A stretch of DNA of 34,185 nucleotides. Origin: an uncultured Gammaproteobacteria bacterium (GTDB lineage Bacteria; Patescibacteriota; Microgenomatia; UBA1406; HO2-37-13b). A program made the translations under genes and the position numbers. The stretch spans positions 34,762 to 68,946 of the forward strand of contig CAZTOA010000001.1 in NCBI GenBank assembly GCA_964614975.1, in the 5' to 3' direction. Positions 23,631 to 32,208 of this stretch are shown piece by piece (within the stretch, counting starts at the first letter, position 1; each line of letters begins with the position of its first letter). The notes under the pieces are model-generated. The model had not been told where the DNA came from and ran no database searches. It worked only from the letters and a program-made list of their open reading frames with translations.

Positions 23631-25677
23631 ATTGCGTATATACAAGGTCAAATCCATTAATTATCCCGTCGCCATTTATGTCTGAGGCATTTTGATCGGT
23701 AGGAGCGACCTCGTCTGCATATTTTGTTGCGACGACTGAGAAATCGTTCGCGTTACAGCACGCATCTTTATTTACGTCACATGCATCTATTTCTGTAACA
23801 CCTTGTCCAGAAATTCCTCCGGCTTCTGAGGCGACAATTCTATATATAACATTTTGTCTAAGTGTTGTAGTTACTTCATTTGGACAATTTACTGGAGTCG
23901 AACTTCCTTCAAAAGTAACGCGGCACTTTATGCTGTATTCATTAACTCCTGCTGGAAGCACAAGATCTGTCTCAACAGTTCCTCGTTGTCGAGGCTGAAT
24001 AGAAGTGTTTACAAGTTCAGATGCACATTGAGACTTATCAGCGCCGTGACATGTTATCGTAGTAACACTTGTCACAGCTTTGGATGAGCCATTGTAAAAA
24101 GAAATACTGTTATAAAAGCCTTCAGGGGCTACTCCTGATGTCGGTCTAGGAGTAACACTTGGGGTTACACGTGGATTGGTAGTAGGTGTTGCTGATGGGA
24201 CGGTTGTAGCGGTAGGAATAGGCGTCGCTGTTGCAATCGGCGTTGGTGTTGGTGCAGCAGATTCACAACTGACTGCACCAGAAGTTCGTACATTTGTTTC
24301 ATTTTCAGTTGCTGGATACTTTGACTTATCAAATGTACAGACCAGTACTTGACCTGCTGCGAGTGTTATCGTTGCTTCTGGCTCAAAAAAGTTCTGCAGC
24401 AATTCTGGGGTATCGACTGGCGCGTTAACTTCACAGTATCCTTCATTTTCATCATATGTGCCGTTACAGCGACCCAAAAGCCAGTAAAGTTTTTTCTCAA
24501 CTGTGTCACTATTGTAGTAGGTAACTTTTACTTTATTATCTGTAACAAACGAGCTACATTGTCCGCGCTCACCCTCAGCCGCTGTGCCTTGTTTGTTATT
24601 TGAATCAATCGTGTGTGTACATGGCTCAAAGAGAGTTCGCACCTCTGTTTCTTCACTTCCAAGTCGTAGCTCATATGTAGTACTAGAAGGTGAAGGCAAA
24701 ATAATCTTGAATGTAGTGGTTAATCCAGCTGCTGGTATCTCGACGCCACAGACATAAGCACCAAAGTCAATATGGCCTGGGCTACAGTTGGTGTTATTTA
24801 TAAGCTCAACTCGAATACCTGAGTTATCAGCTTTTCCATCTTCACGCTTATAATCATAGAAGACAACGAGAGCTTTTGGACCTCCGGGTGTATTTGCAAT
24901 TGTTAAGTTGACTGTTTTATTGATTGTTGTCCCTGTGCCTTTTCTTGTAACATCGGTATTGGAGGTTTTGTTTCCTGCTGAGCCACATGATTCCCAATCA
25001 ACATCACCCTGGTCGGTAAAGTCACATGTCATTGCCGTTGCTTGGAATTCGTTAAATCCAGCCTTCCAAGTACCGTCTAGCTGGAGATTAACAGTAACTG
25101 TTCCTGCTGGAGCAGGGGTAGGTGTCTGATTTGGATTGTTTGTTGGTTCTGGATCATCCGGACAAAAGTATGAACGACTTATGGTCGCTATTTCTGATTG
25201 TACTTGCCAAGGAGGGCCTGCAGTATCAACTCTTACGTCAAGGTCGCCGGCAGGAAGGCAGTCTGCGCCCTCTGGTAGTCTACTTGCGCCAGGCATATTA
25301 ATAGGAACATTAAATAAGAGATGTGGCGCGCCATTACAGCGTGCTGAGGCAGGATTAGTAACAATTTTCTGTACGCTTGCACCGATGCCAATTTCTGGAT
25401 TATTGAGGCCATCGTGATAGACGGTTACCTTCCATTTTCCATTGGTTGGTGGGTTATTAGTAAAACAAAGTGCGCCTGACAACATGTAATCCCAGCGATT
25501 ATGTGCTGACAGGCGAGTAAATTCTGCGCCGACGTCTTGATTTGTTACCGTGGTGAGCTCAGGTGGAACCGCAGCTTCGGTGGTTCGCTGTTGGAGTTGG
25601 GGATTTGTAACAAAAGTTGCACCCACGATAAGGCCGACAGTCATTAAGGCTAAAACGGCAAATGTGAGTGTTTTCAT
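23563..25677 (-). CDS. Secreted/anchored mosaic surface protein P1 with a C-terminal dockerin-like module
   Basis: Signal/anchor (MKTLTFAVLALMTVGLIVGA). N-terminal domain shared with P3 and P4 (NRWDYMLSGALCFTNNPPTNGKW...IGASVQKIVTNPASARC...FCPDD). Thr/Pro linkers. C-terminal DVNKDACCNANDFSVV... + SDINGDGIINGFDLVYTQSNFG. Confidence 0.7.
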   Translation of the reverse strand: MKTLTFAVLALMTVGLIVGATFVTNPQLQQRTTEAAVPPELTTVTNQDVGAEFTRLSAHNRWDYMLSGALCFTNNPPTNGKWKVTVYHDGLNNPEIGIGASVQKIVTNPASARCNGAPHLLFNVPINMPGASRLPEGADCLPAGDLDVRVDTAGPPWQVQSEIATISRSYFCPDDPEPTNNPNQTPTPAPAGTVTVNLQLDGTWKAGFNEFQATAMTCDFTDQGDVDWESCGSAGNKTSNTDVTRKGTGTTINKTVNLTIANTPGGPKALVVFYDYKREDGKADNSGIRVELINNTNCSPGHIDFGAYVCGVEIPAAGLTTTFKIILPSPSSTTYELRLGSEETEVRTLFEPCTHTIDSNNKQGTAAEGERGQCSSFVTDNKVKVTYYNSDTVEKKLYWLLGRCNGTYDENEGYCEVNAPVDTPELLQNFFEPEATITLAAGQVLVCTFDKSKYPATENETNVRTSGAVSCESAAPTPTPIATATPIPTATTVPSATPTTNPRVTPSVTPRPTSGVAPEGFYNSISFYNGSSKAVTSVTTITCHGADKSQCASELVNTSIQPRQRGTVETDLVLPAGVNEYSIKCRVTFEGSSTPVNCPNEVTTTLRQNVIYRIVASEAGGISGQGVTEIDACDVNKDACCNANDFSVVATKYADEVAPTDQNASDINGDGIINGFDLVYTQSNFGKGLGCRQNAAPDQQPILR

Positions 25678-25683
25678 TTAGTT

Positions 25684-26286
25684 TTAATCAAAAATATGTA
25701 TCGTTGCTGGTTCGGCGGTCTTTAATATATTCTTTCCGTCTTGTGCAGCAATAGTTTGCTTCATATCAAAATGAATGATCGTTTCTTCTGACTTTTTCAG
25801 TGCCTTTGCCTTAAATTTTAGCACAATGCCCTCTTTCTTAAATGCATTTTTTCCCGGATCATAAGCTGCAGAAAAGGTAATGACGCCCGATTTTGCGTCA
25901 TTAAGAATAACGCGATCAAACACATCGCCATTTTCAACTGAACTGATCGAAAGGAAAAGGGGATCATACTTTAAAACTGTATCTACTGCATATGCGGCAT
26001 CGCCACTAATAGTTACATAAAATGTGGTCTCTTCGCCCGGTTGCATAAACTTTGTTTGTGGTAAGAGAGCAAGTCGCACGGCTTTTTCGGCTGCATCGTC
26101 AGGTGTTACTCCTGGGACTGATTGATGAAGAATGCTTTGCTTAAATTTTGGTGAAAATACAACACCAATAAGAATACTGAGTATGAAAAGTACGATGAGT
26201 TGGATAGCCAATAAAAACTTTACTTGGGGTGTAAGGGTAATAAAATCTTTAACATCTCTACGTACAGTGGAAGCTACAGCATTCAT
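25684..26286 (-). CDS. Membrane-anchored cohesin-like protein (single cohesin module)
   Basis: N-terminal TM (FLLAIQLIVLFILSILIGVVF) followed by a ~140-aa beta-rich module. The spacing is cohesin-like: GEETTFYVTISGDAAYAVDTVLKYDPLFLSISSVENGDVF...SGVITFSAAYDPG...EGIVLKFKAKALKKSEETIIHFD. Assigned by eye only. Confidence 0.55.
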   Translation of the reverse strand: MNAVASTVRRDVKDFITLTPQVKFLLAIQLIVLFILSILIGVVFSPKFKQSILHQSVPGVTPDDAAEKAVRLALLPQTKFMQPGEETTFYVTISGDAAYAVDTVLKYDPLFLSISSVENGDVFDRVILNDAKSGVITFSAAYDPGKNAFKKEGIVLKFKAKALKKSEETIIHFDMKQTIAAQDGKNILKTAEPATIHIFD

Positions 26287-26322
26287 GTATTCATTATAGA
26301 GAGATTATGATTTATTTGTCAA

Positions 26323-29300
26323 TTAGAGGTCGATTCCGAATGAGTTCATGAAGGCTGAGAGATCTAATGCATTGACCGTTCCATCTTCATTTACATCAGA
26401 TGCTGAGACTCCTTCAACACCATACTCATCATATATGTATTGAAGATCAATTGTATTTATGACGCCGTCTGAATTGATGTCAAAACTAACTGGCCATATT
26501 GGAATAGGATTTATCAGCGGAAGCGGTGTGGGAGAAGGAGGGTTTCCTGACTTTTTGTCTTCATTAGTCAAGTCTCTTTCCTTGCAGTTTTTTAGTGTCT
26601 GGCTTTCAATACTATTGCGGACTTTAAATACAAAATCGCAGCTTTTAAATTTAGGAATTTCAACAGTGAAATTTTTACATGATGCTGTGTGCTTGCCACC
26701 TTCACCGGCAAGTGTAAGATCGCACTTAAAGGTGTAAGTTTTTGGATAGAGCTTCTTATAGGTAACCGAATCATTTTGATTGAAAAGCGCTAATGTTCTC
26801 CATTCGGTATTGGTGCCAAATAGGCCATATATTGTGCAAAGCTCTCCGGAATTATGAGGCCAACACACTTTTGGCAAGAAGTCTATATAAATGAGTCTGG
26901 ACAGTATTCCGTCATACTCGATTTTATAATTAACAACAAAGTCATATTGTATATTTGGGTCTACTATTGGTGCTGGCTTTGGGGCATTTTTTATTTCCTT
27001 ACAATAGCCAGTTCCATTTGAGTTTACTACTTTACAGGGAGGGTTATTCGGCTGTGCATTCCAAGCATTACAATATAGATCAGCGAATTTTTTTGCTGGA
27101 TACGGTGTTCTTGTTCCATTTATTCCAGACTGAAATTTTCGTATTTCACATTCACCGAGACCTACAACCTTACTACACCAAGCATCAGTGGCTTTTTTTG
27201 TAGGTTGACAGCTAGGAACTCCCATATCTCTACATTGTTTCTCAGCTTGTGAGGAGTTTGTAAATGCCTTACTTGTACCATCGACACCGAACTCTTGTTT
27301 TTGGGCATCGCAAGGTCCAGCTGGTGCTGGTTGCTCAGGGTTACCAGGCTGACCAGGGTTTCCAGGTTGGCCGGGATTACCGGGCTGACCAGGATTACCA
27401 GGTTGTCCAGGGTTTCCAGGATTGCCACCTTCACTACCTGGTAGTTCGGTACCTGGCGGGCAACACCATTGATCAGTTGCGACACTGCATGGTTGATCTG
27501 AAGGTGGGCCTTTTGGCTCCCAGCCTTGTTGGCGACAGTATGATGCGCTGGCACACCATTGTGGACAGACGCCACCAGTTGGTGGCTCTTCTGGCTCTTC
27601 AGGATCTTCTGGTTCTTCTGGTTCTTCAGAGTTGTCGTGTGGACCACCAGTAAAGTCGAGTGAAACAGGATTGCTCAAACAGGAGCCATCCTTATCTAAG
27701 AAAGCATAGAGATACGCAGTATACTCTTGACCTTCATCATAATACTCCCTGAGCACAACATGTACCTGGTGTGGTGGTTCTCCTGGATTGCGATCGTTTG
27801 TCTTTACACCAGTATCTTCATCTTTCATACCTCTGCGTGAAGCCACGATTTCACCAGTGTCCTTATCTTTTACAATAATCCAGTATCGATCAGAACCACG
27901 TTTAAATGCTGGACAATTACCAGCAACATCCCATTCAAGGTTTGCTGTTCGTTCTTTGATTTCTTTTATGCGGAAGTTTCTTGGTTTACAGCCTTCATTT
28001 TGCACTGCGGCAGCATTATTATCATCACGTAAGCCGCACGATACAGCGCCGATAGGCGCTCCACCAATTGGAGCAGGCGCCGGAGGCGCGGCTGTTGGGG
28101 TAGGAGGAATCTTTTCCATGATCCAACCGTATTCAAGATTTACATTACATGCTACGCGCAATTTTTCGAAAAGCTTTGGATCACGCAACTTTGTCATGTC
28201 AGTTTCAGACCAATTATCTGTGTATCCTGGGCAGCCTGGCGCACTTGCATTTTTGCTTGTACATTCTTGCTTTACAACTCGCCATCCATCTGCGTAGAGC
28301 TTAACTGCTGCAAGCGCATCACGACCCCATGTACGAGCATCTCTAAAGTCTCCAAGATCGGTAAGGTGGAAGTCAATTCTTCCTGGATTACTTCCTAAAT
28401 TATTGAATGGGGTAGACTGCGCAGGTTTTTCACCATTGTCGTAAATTTGTTTATTATTTGCGGTCCCGTATTGTCCAGGCTTATTGTCTAGCTCTGTAAT
28501 AAGATTGCCTTGTGTGTCTTTTATATATGCAACTGCGTCAAAGGTACAACCACAAGTTCGGTATGCGTACACCTTAAAATCGCGTTGTGTGCCTGGTTTA
28601 ATACGTAATTTTTCTCCTTGTTCACGCTCAGAATCAATGAAAACGGCGTCGTTATCAAAGTATCCAAGTGCCCGTGGAAGGAAATATGTTTTAGATGGGT
28701 CTAGTGGATTATTATTTTCGTCAAGGCTAATTCTATATTGATAAATCCATGTTCCATCATCATTTGTATCATCGAGCCAAACACCTTGGTCTGTTGGACC
28801 AGTTGCGCTCAGCGAGAGGCCACCAGTTTTAACATCACATGTTTCACCTGTACAAAATTCAACCGTTGCGCGACTCGGTTTTTTACAACCATATACAGAA
28901 ATTCGTCCGCTGATCGTGTTGTTTGGAGTTGGGGTGGGGGTGAGTGTTGGCGTTGTGACAGGCTCAGTTGGTGTAGGTGTTTCGCTTGGGCCAGGAGTGA
29001 CGCTTAACTCTGGTGTCTCTGTTGGATCGGGAACAGTTCCAGTTGGGCTTGTTGGATCTATTGTTGGTGTTGGCGTCACTTGCGGACCACATACACCCTC
29101 ATGTTCGCTTAAGTTTATTTTTGCGAATGGTGTTCCAGAGAACCAGGTTCCTCGATAATTAAGATATATTTCTGGACAATAGCTTCCGGTCAATCGGCGA
29201 GAAGTCGTTGCAATGATTGAGAAGCGATGAGGTTGTTTTGTGTTTTTATCAAGCATTCTTCCAATGCCAGCTGCACGATCTATGTATTCACAGGTTGCAG

Positions 29301-29661
29301 GAAAGCTTCCATTGCCAGCCACATATAAGCGGCCACCATCAATGTGGCTACCATCATTTTCACCATCAAGGTCTTTTCCTCGGTTATCTGTCGCCCAAAG
29401 AGTCCATTCTTCTTTTCCACCACTTTGGAGGTGGCGAGAATAACAAATCTGACCACTTACTTCTACATGGTTATCATCAACACGGCGGACGTCTAATGTG
29501 TTTTCTTGTAGCATGACGCCGGTCGAATTAAGCGCAGCTTGCGATGTATTGAGAATATTATTTTGCGTGATACCAATTACCGTCGCGACCAGGGCAACTA
29601 CACTTATGCCCGCGACGAGCATTCCTCCAATTGAGCCTTTGTTATTGAGCTTCATTGACAT
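26323..29661 (-). CDS. Giant mosaic surface protein P3: N-domain, TP linker, shared modules, FN3, acidic EEP repeat, Cys-rich regions, collagen-like GXY repeat, C-terminal dockerin-like module
   Basis: The track ORF runs to 29703. I prefer the ATG at 29661 or 29655 (MSMKLNNKGSIGGMLVAGISVVALV), which starts at the TM anchor. FN3-like region RNFRIKEIKERTANLEWDV...YWIIVKDKDTGE...EYTAYLYAF. C-terminal FDINSDGVINTIDLQYIYDEYG + SDVNEDGTVNALDLSAFMNSFG. Confidence 0.75.
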   Translation of the reverse strand: MSMKLNNKGSIGGMLVAGISVVALVATVIGITQNNILNTSQAALNSTGVMLQENTLDVRRVDDNHVEVSGQICYSRHLQSGGKEEWTLWATDNRGKDLDGENDGSHIDGGRLYVAGNGSFPATCEYIDRAAGIGRMLDKNTKQPHRFSIIATTSRRLTGSYCPEIYLNYRGTWFSGTPFAKINLSEHEGVCGPQVTPTPTIDPTSPTGTVPDPTETPELSVTPGPSETPTPTEPVTTPTLTPTPTPNNTISGRISVYGCKKPSRATVEFCTGETCDVKTGGLSLSATGPTDQGVWLDDTNDDGTWIYQYRISLDENNNPLDPSKTYFLPRALGYFDNDAVFIDSEREQGEKLRIKPGTQRDFKVYAYRTCGCTFDAVAYIKDTQGNLITELDNKPGQYGTANNKQIYDNGEKPAQSTPFNNLGSNPGRIDFHLTDLGDFRDARTWGRDALAAVKLYADGWRVVKQECTSKNASAPGCPGYTDNWSETDMTKLRDPKLFEKLRVACNVNLEYGWIMEKIPPTPTAAPPAPAPIGGAPIGAVSCGLRDDNNAAAVQNEGCKPRNFRIKEIKERTANLEWDVAGNCPAFKRGSDRYWIIVKDKDTGEIVASRRGMKDEDTGVKTNDRNPGEPPHQVHVVLREYYDEGQEYTAYLYAFLDKDGSCLSNPVSLDFTGGPHDNSEEPEEPEDPEEPEEPPTGGVCPQWCASASYCRQQGWEPKGPPSDQPCSVATDQWCCPPGTELPGSEGGNPGNPGQPGNPGQPGNPGQPGNPGQPGNPEQPAPAGPCDAQKQEFGVDGTSKAFTNSSQAEKQCRDMGVPSCQPTKKATDAWCSKVVGLGECEIRKFQSGINGTRTPYPAKKFADLYCNAWNAQPNNPPCKVVNSNGTGYCKEIKNAPKPAPIVDPNIQYDFVVNYKIEYDGILSRLIYIDFLPKVCWPHNSGELCTIYGLFGTNTEWRTLALFNQNDSVTYKKLYPKTYTFKCDLTLAGEGGKHTASCKNFTVEIPKFKSCDFVFKVRNSIESQTLKNCKERDLTNEDKKSGNPPSPTPLPLINPIPIWPVSFDINSDGVINTIDLQYIYDEYGVEGVSASDVNEDGTVNALDLSAFMNSFGIDL
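27337..27429 (-). repeat. In-frame 18-bp tandem repeat (about 5 units) encoding collagen-like Gly-X-Y triplets
   Basis: Encodes GGNPGNPGQPGNPGQPGNPGQPGNPGQPGNPEQP. The units differ at synonymous positions (for example CAG CCT, CAA CCT and CAG CCC for Gln-Pro). Confidence 0.8.
27584..27628 (-). repeat. In-frame 9-bp tandem repeat (5 units) encoding an acidic (E-E/D-P)n linker
   Basis: Plus strand: ggctcttct ggctcttca ggatcttct ggttcttct ggttcttca. Encodes EEPEEPEDPEEPEEP. Confidence 0.8.
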
Positions 29662-31393
29662 CGACGCCTTGCAAACTGGTAACGAGTGATAAATCGAGTG
29701 CATCTACAGAGTTATCTTTATTTATATCACAGGTATATTCATTTAATTTTTGTCCCCACTCATCAATGCAGGCGACAAGATCAGCAGTATTTATAAAACC
29801 ATCATTATTTATATCAACATCTTCAGGCTTTGTGACAGCGAGGGCTTGAGAACCAGAAGAGGTAGGATTTTTGCGGATGTACCAGTCATAGGATACATCG
29901 ACCCCACAGGCGACTCTAAACCCTACGAAATTTCTTTCATCTACAAGCACATTTTCTGTTTCAAGTGTGCCACCAGGACAAGCATTGATTTGGCTTTGTG
30001 GCGTTGTCTGGCATCGTTGCTTTACGACACTGTAGCCAGGTGCAAATAAACGCACATAGGCCATGCCATCAATACCATATGGCGTCCATGGGCCAACTTT
30101 GTTGCTGTAGCTTATATCGTGCAAACTTTCTAGAACATCGAGCACACCATTGGTGAAAGGACTGACAGGCTTATTACCATGTGTCACAATTTGCATGTCA
30201 TTTGCACTTCCATAAGTAAGATCTTTCCCTGGGATTAATTGTTCATCAAGAGCTGTTGTTATTTCACCTGTATCTGCATCACGAACATGGGCGCGAGCAT
30301 GAAAGACGCATGCACATGTTTGAGCGGAAGCATAGACTGTTAGATCGCGATTTCCGGGAACGGAAACTTCCTTCTTATCTTCTTTGAGAGAGGCGAAAGC
30401 TTCGATGTTTGTGTCCTTGAAACGTTTAATGCGTGCGTTTGCATTAAATATTGAGTATTTTTTTGCCTTATCGAGAAGGTTTCCAGCTTTGTCCTTAGTA
30501 ATACGATACTTATATATAAAGGTGCGATCATTGCTTTCGTCGTCAAGCCATACTGCTTGATCTTGTTCTTTAGGTGCGAGAACAAGATCACTACAACTAG
30601 TACCCGCAACATCCTCACAGTAACTTAAAGTGACATTTTCAGGTTGCGTGCAGGAGAATACAGTAATACGACCTTCAATTGCATCGGGAGTAGGTGTTGG
30701 TGTGGTGGTTGGGGCAAGTGTTATTATGGTCGTTGGGCCAACAACAAGCCCATTGGGTGTTGGTGTCGCGCGAGGTCGAAATATTGAACGTGTTGGGCCA
30801 GTGGCTGGAGCTTTTGTTGTTGGCGTTGGAGTTTTTATTGCTGCAACAGGCTTTTCTGTTGGATCTGGCTCAACTATACCATCAGGACAAAGAAATTCTC
30901 TTTCAATATATGCGACATCTTCTTGTGGAAATGGTTTCCATGGGCCTTTTGTAACGACTTTAACTTTAATGCGTGGGCAACTTTCGGTCCAACGGTCGCT
31001 GGCTGGAATGTTAAAGGGAGCATTTGCAACAAGCCTTCGGAGTGTACTAGAGCCGCAACGGGCTGTTGATGGGTTTGTTATGAGCTGATTTACTGACGCA
31101 CCAATAACTTCTTCTTTTTTTACAGCTGGATTTACTTTGTCCTTAAGCTCCATCGTTAGTTGCACTGCATAACTTCCACCAGAGCTAGGCGGATTAGAGC
31201 TAAAACATAGGTTTGTATTCAAGATGTAGTCCCATTGCTGTGAGGGTTTTAGATCGGAAATATTAAACCCGATGTCTTGGTTTCTAATATAAGTGAAGCT
31301 TGGTTTGGATTGTCCATAAGTCACAGAAGCATTTCCGAGAAGGGTAATTACAAGTGCAAATGCAAAAATATAAGCAGTCTTTAAGACGTACAT
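29642..31393 (-). CDS. Mosaic surface protein P4: signal peptide, N-domain, TP linker, shared modules, C-terminal dockerin-like module
   Basis: Signal peptide MYVLKTAYIFAFALVITLLGNASVTYGQ. N-domain homologous to P1. The middle (IEGRITVFSCTQPENV...AVWLDDESNDRTFIYKYRI...CACVFHARAHVRDADTGEIT...AYVRLFAPGYSVVKQRC...FRVACGVDVSYDWYI) is homologous to P3. C-terminal DINNDGFINTADLVACIDEWG + CDINKDNSVDALDLSLVTSLQG. Confidence 0.75.
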   Translation of the reverse strand: MYVLKTAYIFAFALVITLLGNASVTYGQSKPSFTYIRNQDIGFNISDLKPSQQWDYILNTNLCFSSNPPSSGGSYAVQLTMELKDKVNPAVKKEEVIGASVNQLITNPSTARCGSSTLRRLVANAPFNIPASDRWTESCPRIKVKVVTKGPWKPFPQEDVAYIEREFLCPDGIVEPDPTEKPVAAIKTPTPTTKAPATGPTRSIFRPRATPTPNGLVVGPTTIITLAPTTTPTPTPDAIEGRITVFSCTQPENVTLSYCEDVAGTSCSDLVLAPKEQDQAVWLDDESNDRTFIYKYRITKDKAGNLLDKAKKYSIFNANARIKRFKDTNIEAFASLKEDKKEVSVPGNRDLTVYASAQTCACVFHARAHVRDADTGEITTALDEQLIPGKDLTYGSANDMQIVTHGNKPVSPFTNGVLDVLESLHDISYSNKVGPWTPYGIDGMAYVRLFAPGYSVVKQRCQTTPQSQINACPGGTLETENVLVDERNFVGFRVACGVDVSYDWYIRKNPTSSGSQALAVTKPEDVDINNDGFINTADLVACIDEWGQKLNEYTCDINKDNSVDALDLSLVTSLQGVDVNEAQ

Positions 31394-31422
31394 ACGATTA
31401 TTCTAGATAAGTGGTGATGAGA

Positions 31423-32208
31423 TTACAAGCGAGAAATTTTGCTGGTCATTAAGGTGTAGTCGAGAGCATTTACATTCCCGTCATGATTCATATCGCCAAG
31501 AAGATCTTTTTCGTTTTTTCCATAATCATCAAGGATAATGAAAAGATCAAAAGTATTACATGCACCGTCACCATTTAGATCGCAATTTTCTTCTGACGGC
31601 GCAGCTGATTGGACGAGAGAGTTGGTTTGAGATGATTTCCTTTGTACAACCCAGCCAGCATTAAGTGTCATATTGCAATCAAGTGTAATATTATCAAGAA
31701 TACTTAGATCGTTTATATTTTCGCCTTGTATCTCTTGGTCGTCGCAAAGATTTGGATTGGTGGGCGATGAGCATGTAGTAATTTCATGTTTAACAATTGT
31801 GAACAACTCGGACTGATGAGTCAACTTTATAAAAGCAACATCTCCCTTTTGATACGTGTCTAAGGCCCGTGGTGTAGCGGTTAAGCTGAGCGCCTTACTT
31901 TGTAGGCCATATTCAATAAGTGGTAGCTTATTGAAATAGATTGGCTGAGCTTCTGGATTTTGACCATCAAGAACGCTCCACGAAAGTACGTTTATATCGG
32001 GATGAGCGTCTATAGAGAGAGGAACCTCTTGGCCATTATCGTTGATTTCATTCACGTAAAGAGTCACATCAATAGGGCATAGCGCAGGTTTAAAATCTTT
32101 TGCTTCGGACATTAGTGCGAGAGGGCGATTTGTTTGAAGTGAGAGAACACCAAGAATAATACCAAATGTTAATACTAGGGCGCTTGATACAAGTAATAAT
32201 TGTTTCAT
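31423..32208 (-). CDS. Small surface protein P5: signal peptide, one shared module, C-terminal dockerin-like module
   Basis: Signal/anchor MKQLLLVSSALVLTFGIILGVLSL. Module landmarks CPIDVTLYVNEINDNGQEV, AFIKLTHQSELFTIVKHEITTC, ITLDCNMTLNAGWVVQRK. C-terminal CDLNGDGACNTFDLFIILDDYG + GDMNHDGNVNALDYTLMTSKI. Confidence 0.7.
   Translation of the reverse strand: MKQLLLVSSALVLTFGIILGVLSLQTNRPLALMSEAKDFKPALCPIDVTLYVNEINDNGQEVPLSIDAHPDINVLSWSVLDGQNPEAQPIYFNKLPLIEYGLQSKALSLTATPRALDTYQKGDVAFIKLTHQSELFTIVKHEITTCSSPTNPNLCDDQEIQGENINDLSILDNITLDCNMTLNAGWVVQRKSSQTNSLVQSAAPSEENCDLNGDGACNTFDLFIILDDYGKNEKDLLGDMNHDGNVNALDYTLMTSKISRL

Noticed and set aside
27337-27429. Regular short repeats that might suggest a CRISPR array.
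   Set aside because: The 18-bp units are contiguous with no spacers, are in frame within a long CDS, and encode Gly-X-Y triplets. No cas genes are present in the window.
28916-29158. Plus-strand ORFs rich in GVGVG/VGV (also 30630..31088, 30694..30954, 33784..34182 and 25136..25417).
   Set aside because: They are the antisense reading of the Thr/Pro linker codons (ACN CCN) in the large minus-strand genes. They are low complexity, sit entirely inside better-supported CDSs, and have no independent signals.
29662-29703. The most upstream ATG (29703) of the 1126-aa ORF as the P3 start.
   Set aside because: It would overlap the P4 3' end by 62 nt and add a non-hydrophobic 14-aa leader. The ATGs at 29661 and 29655 begin right at the Lys-rich n-region and TM anchor. 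The true start remains uncertain without RBS or proteomic data.
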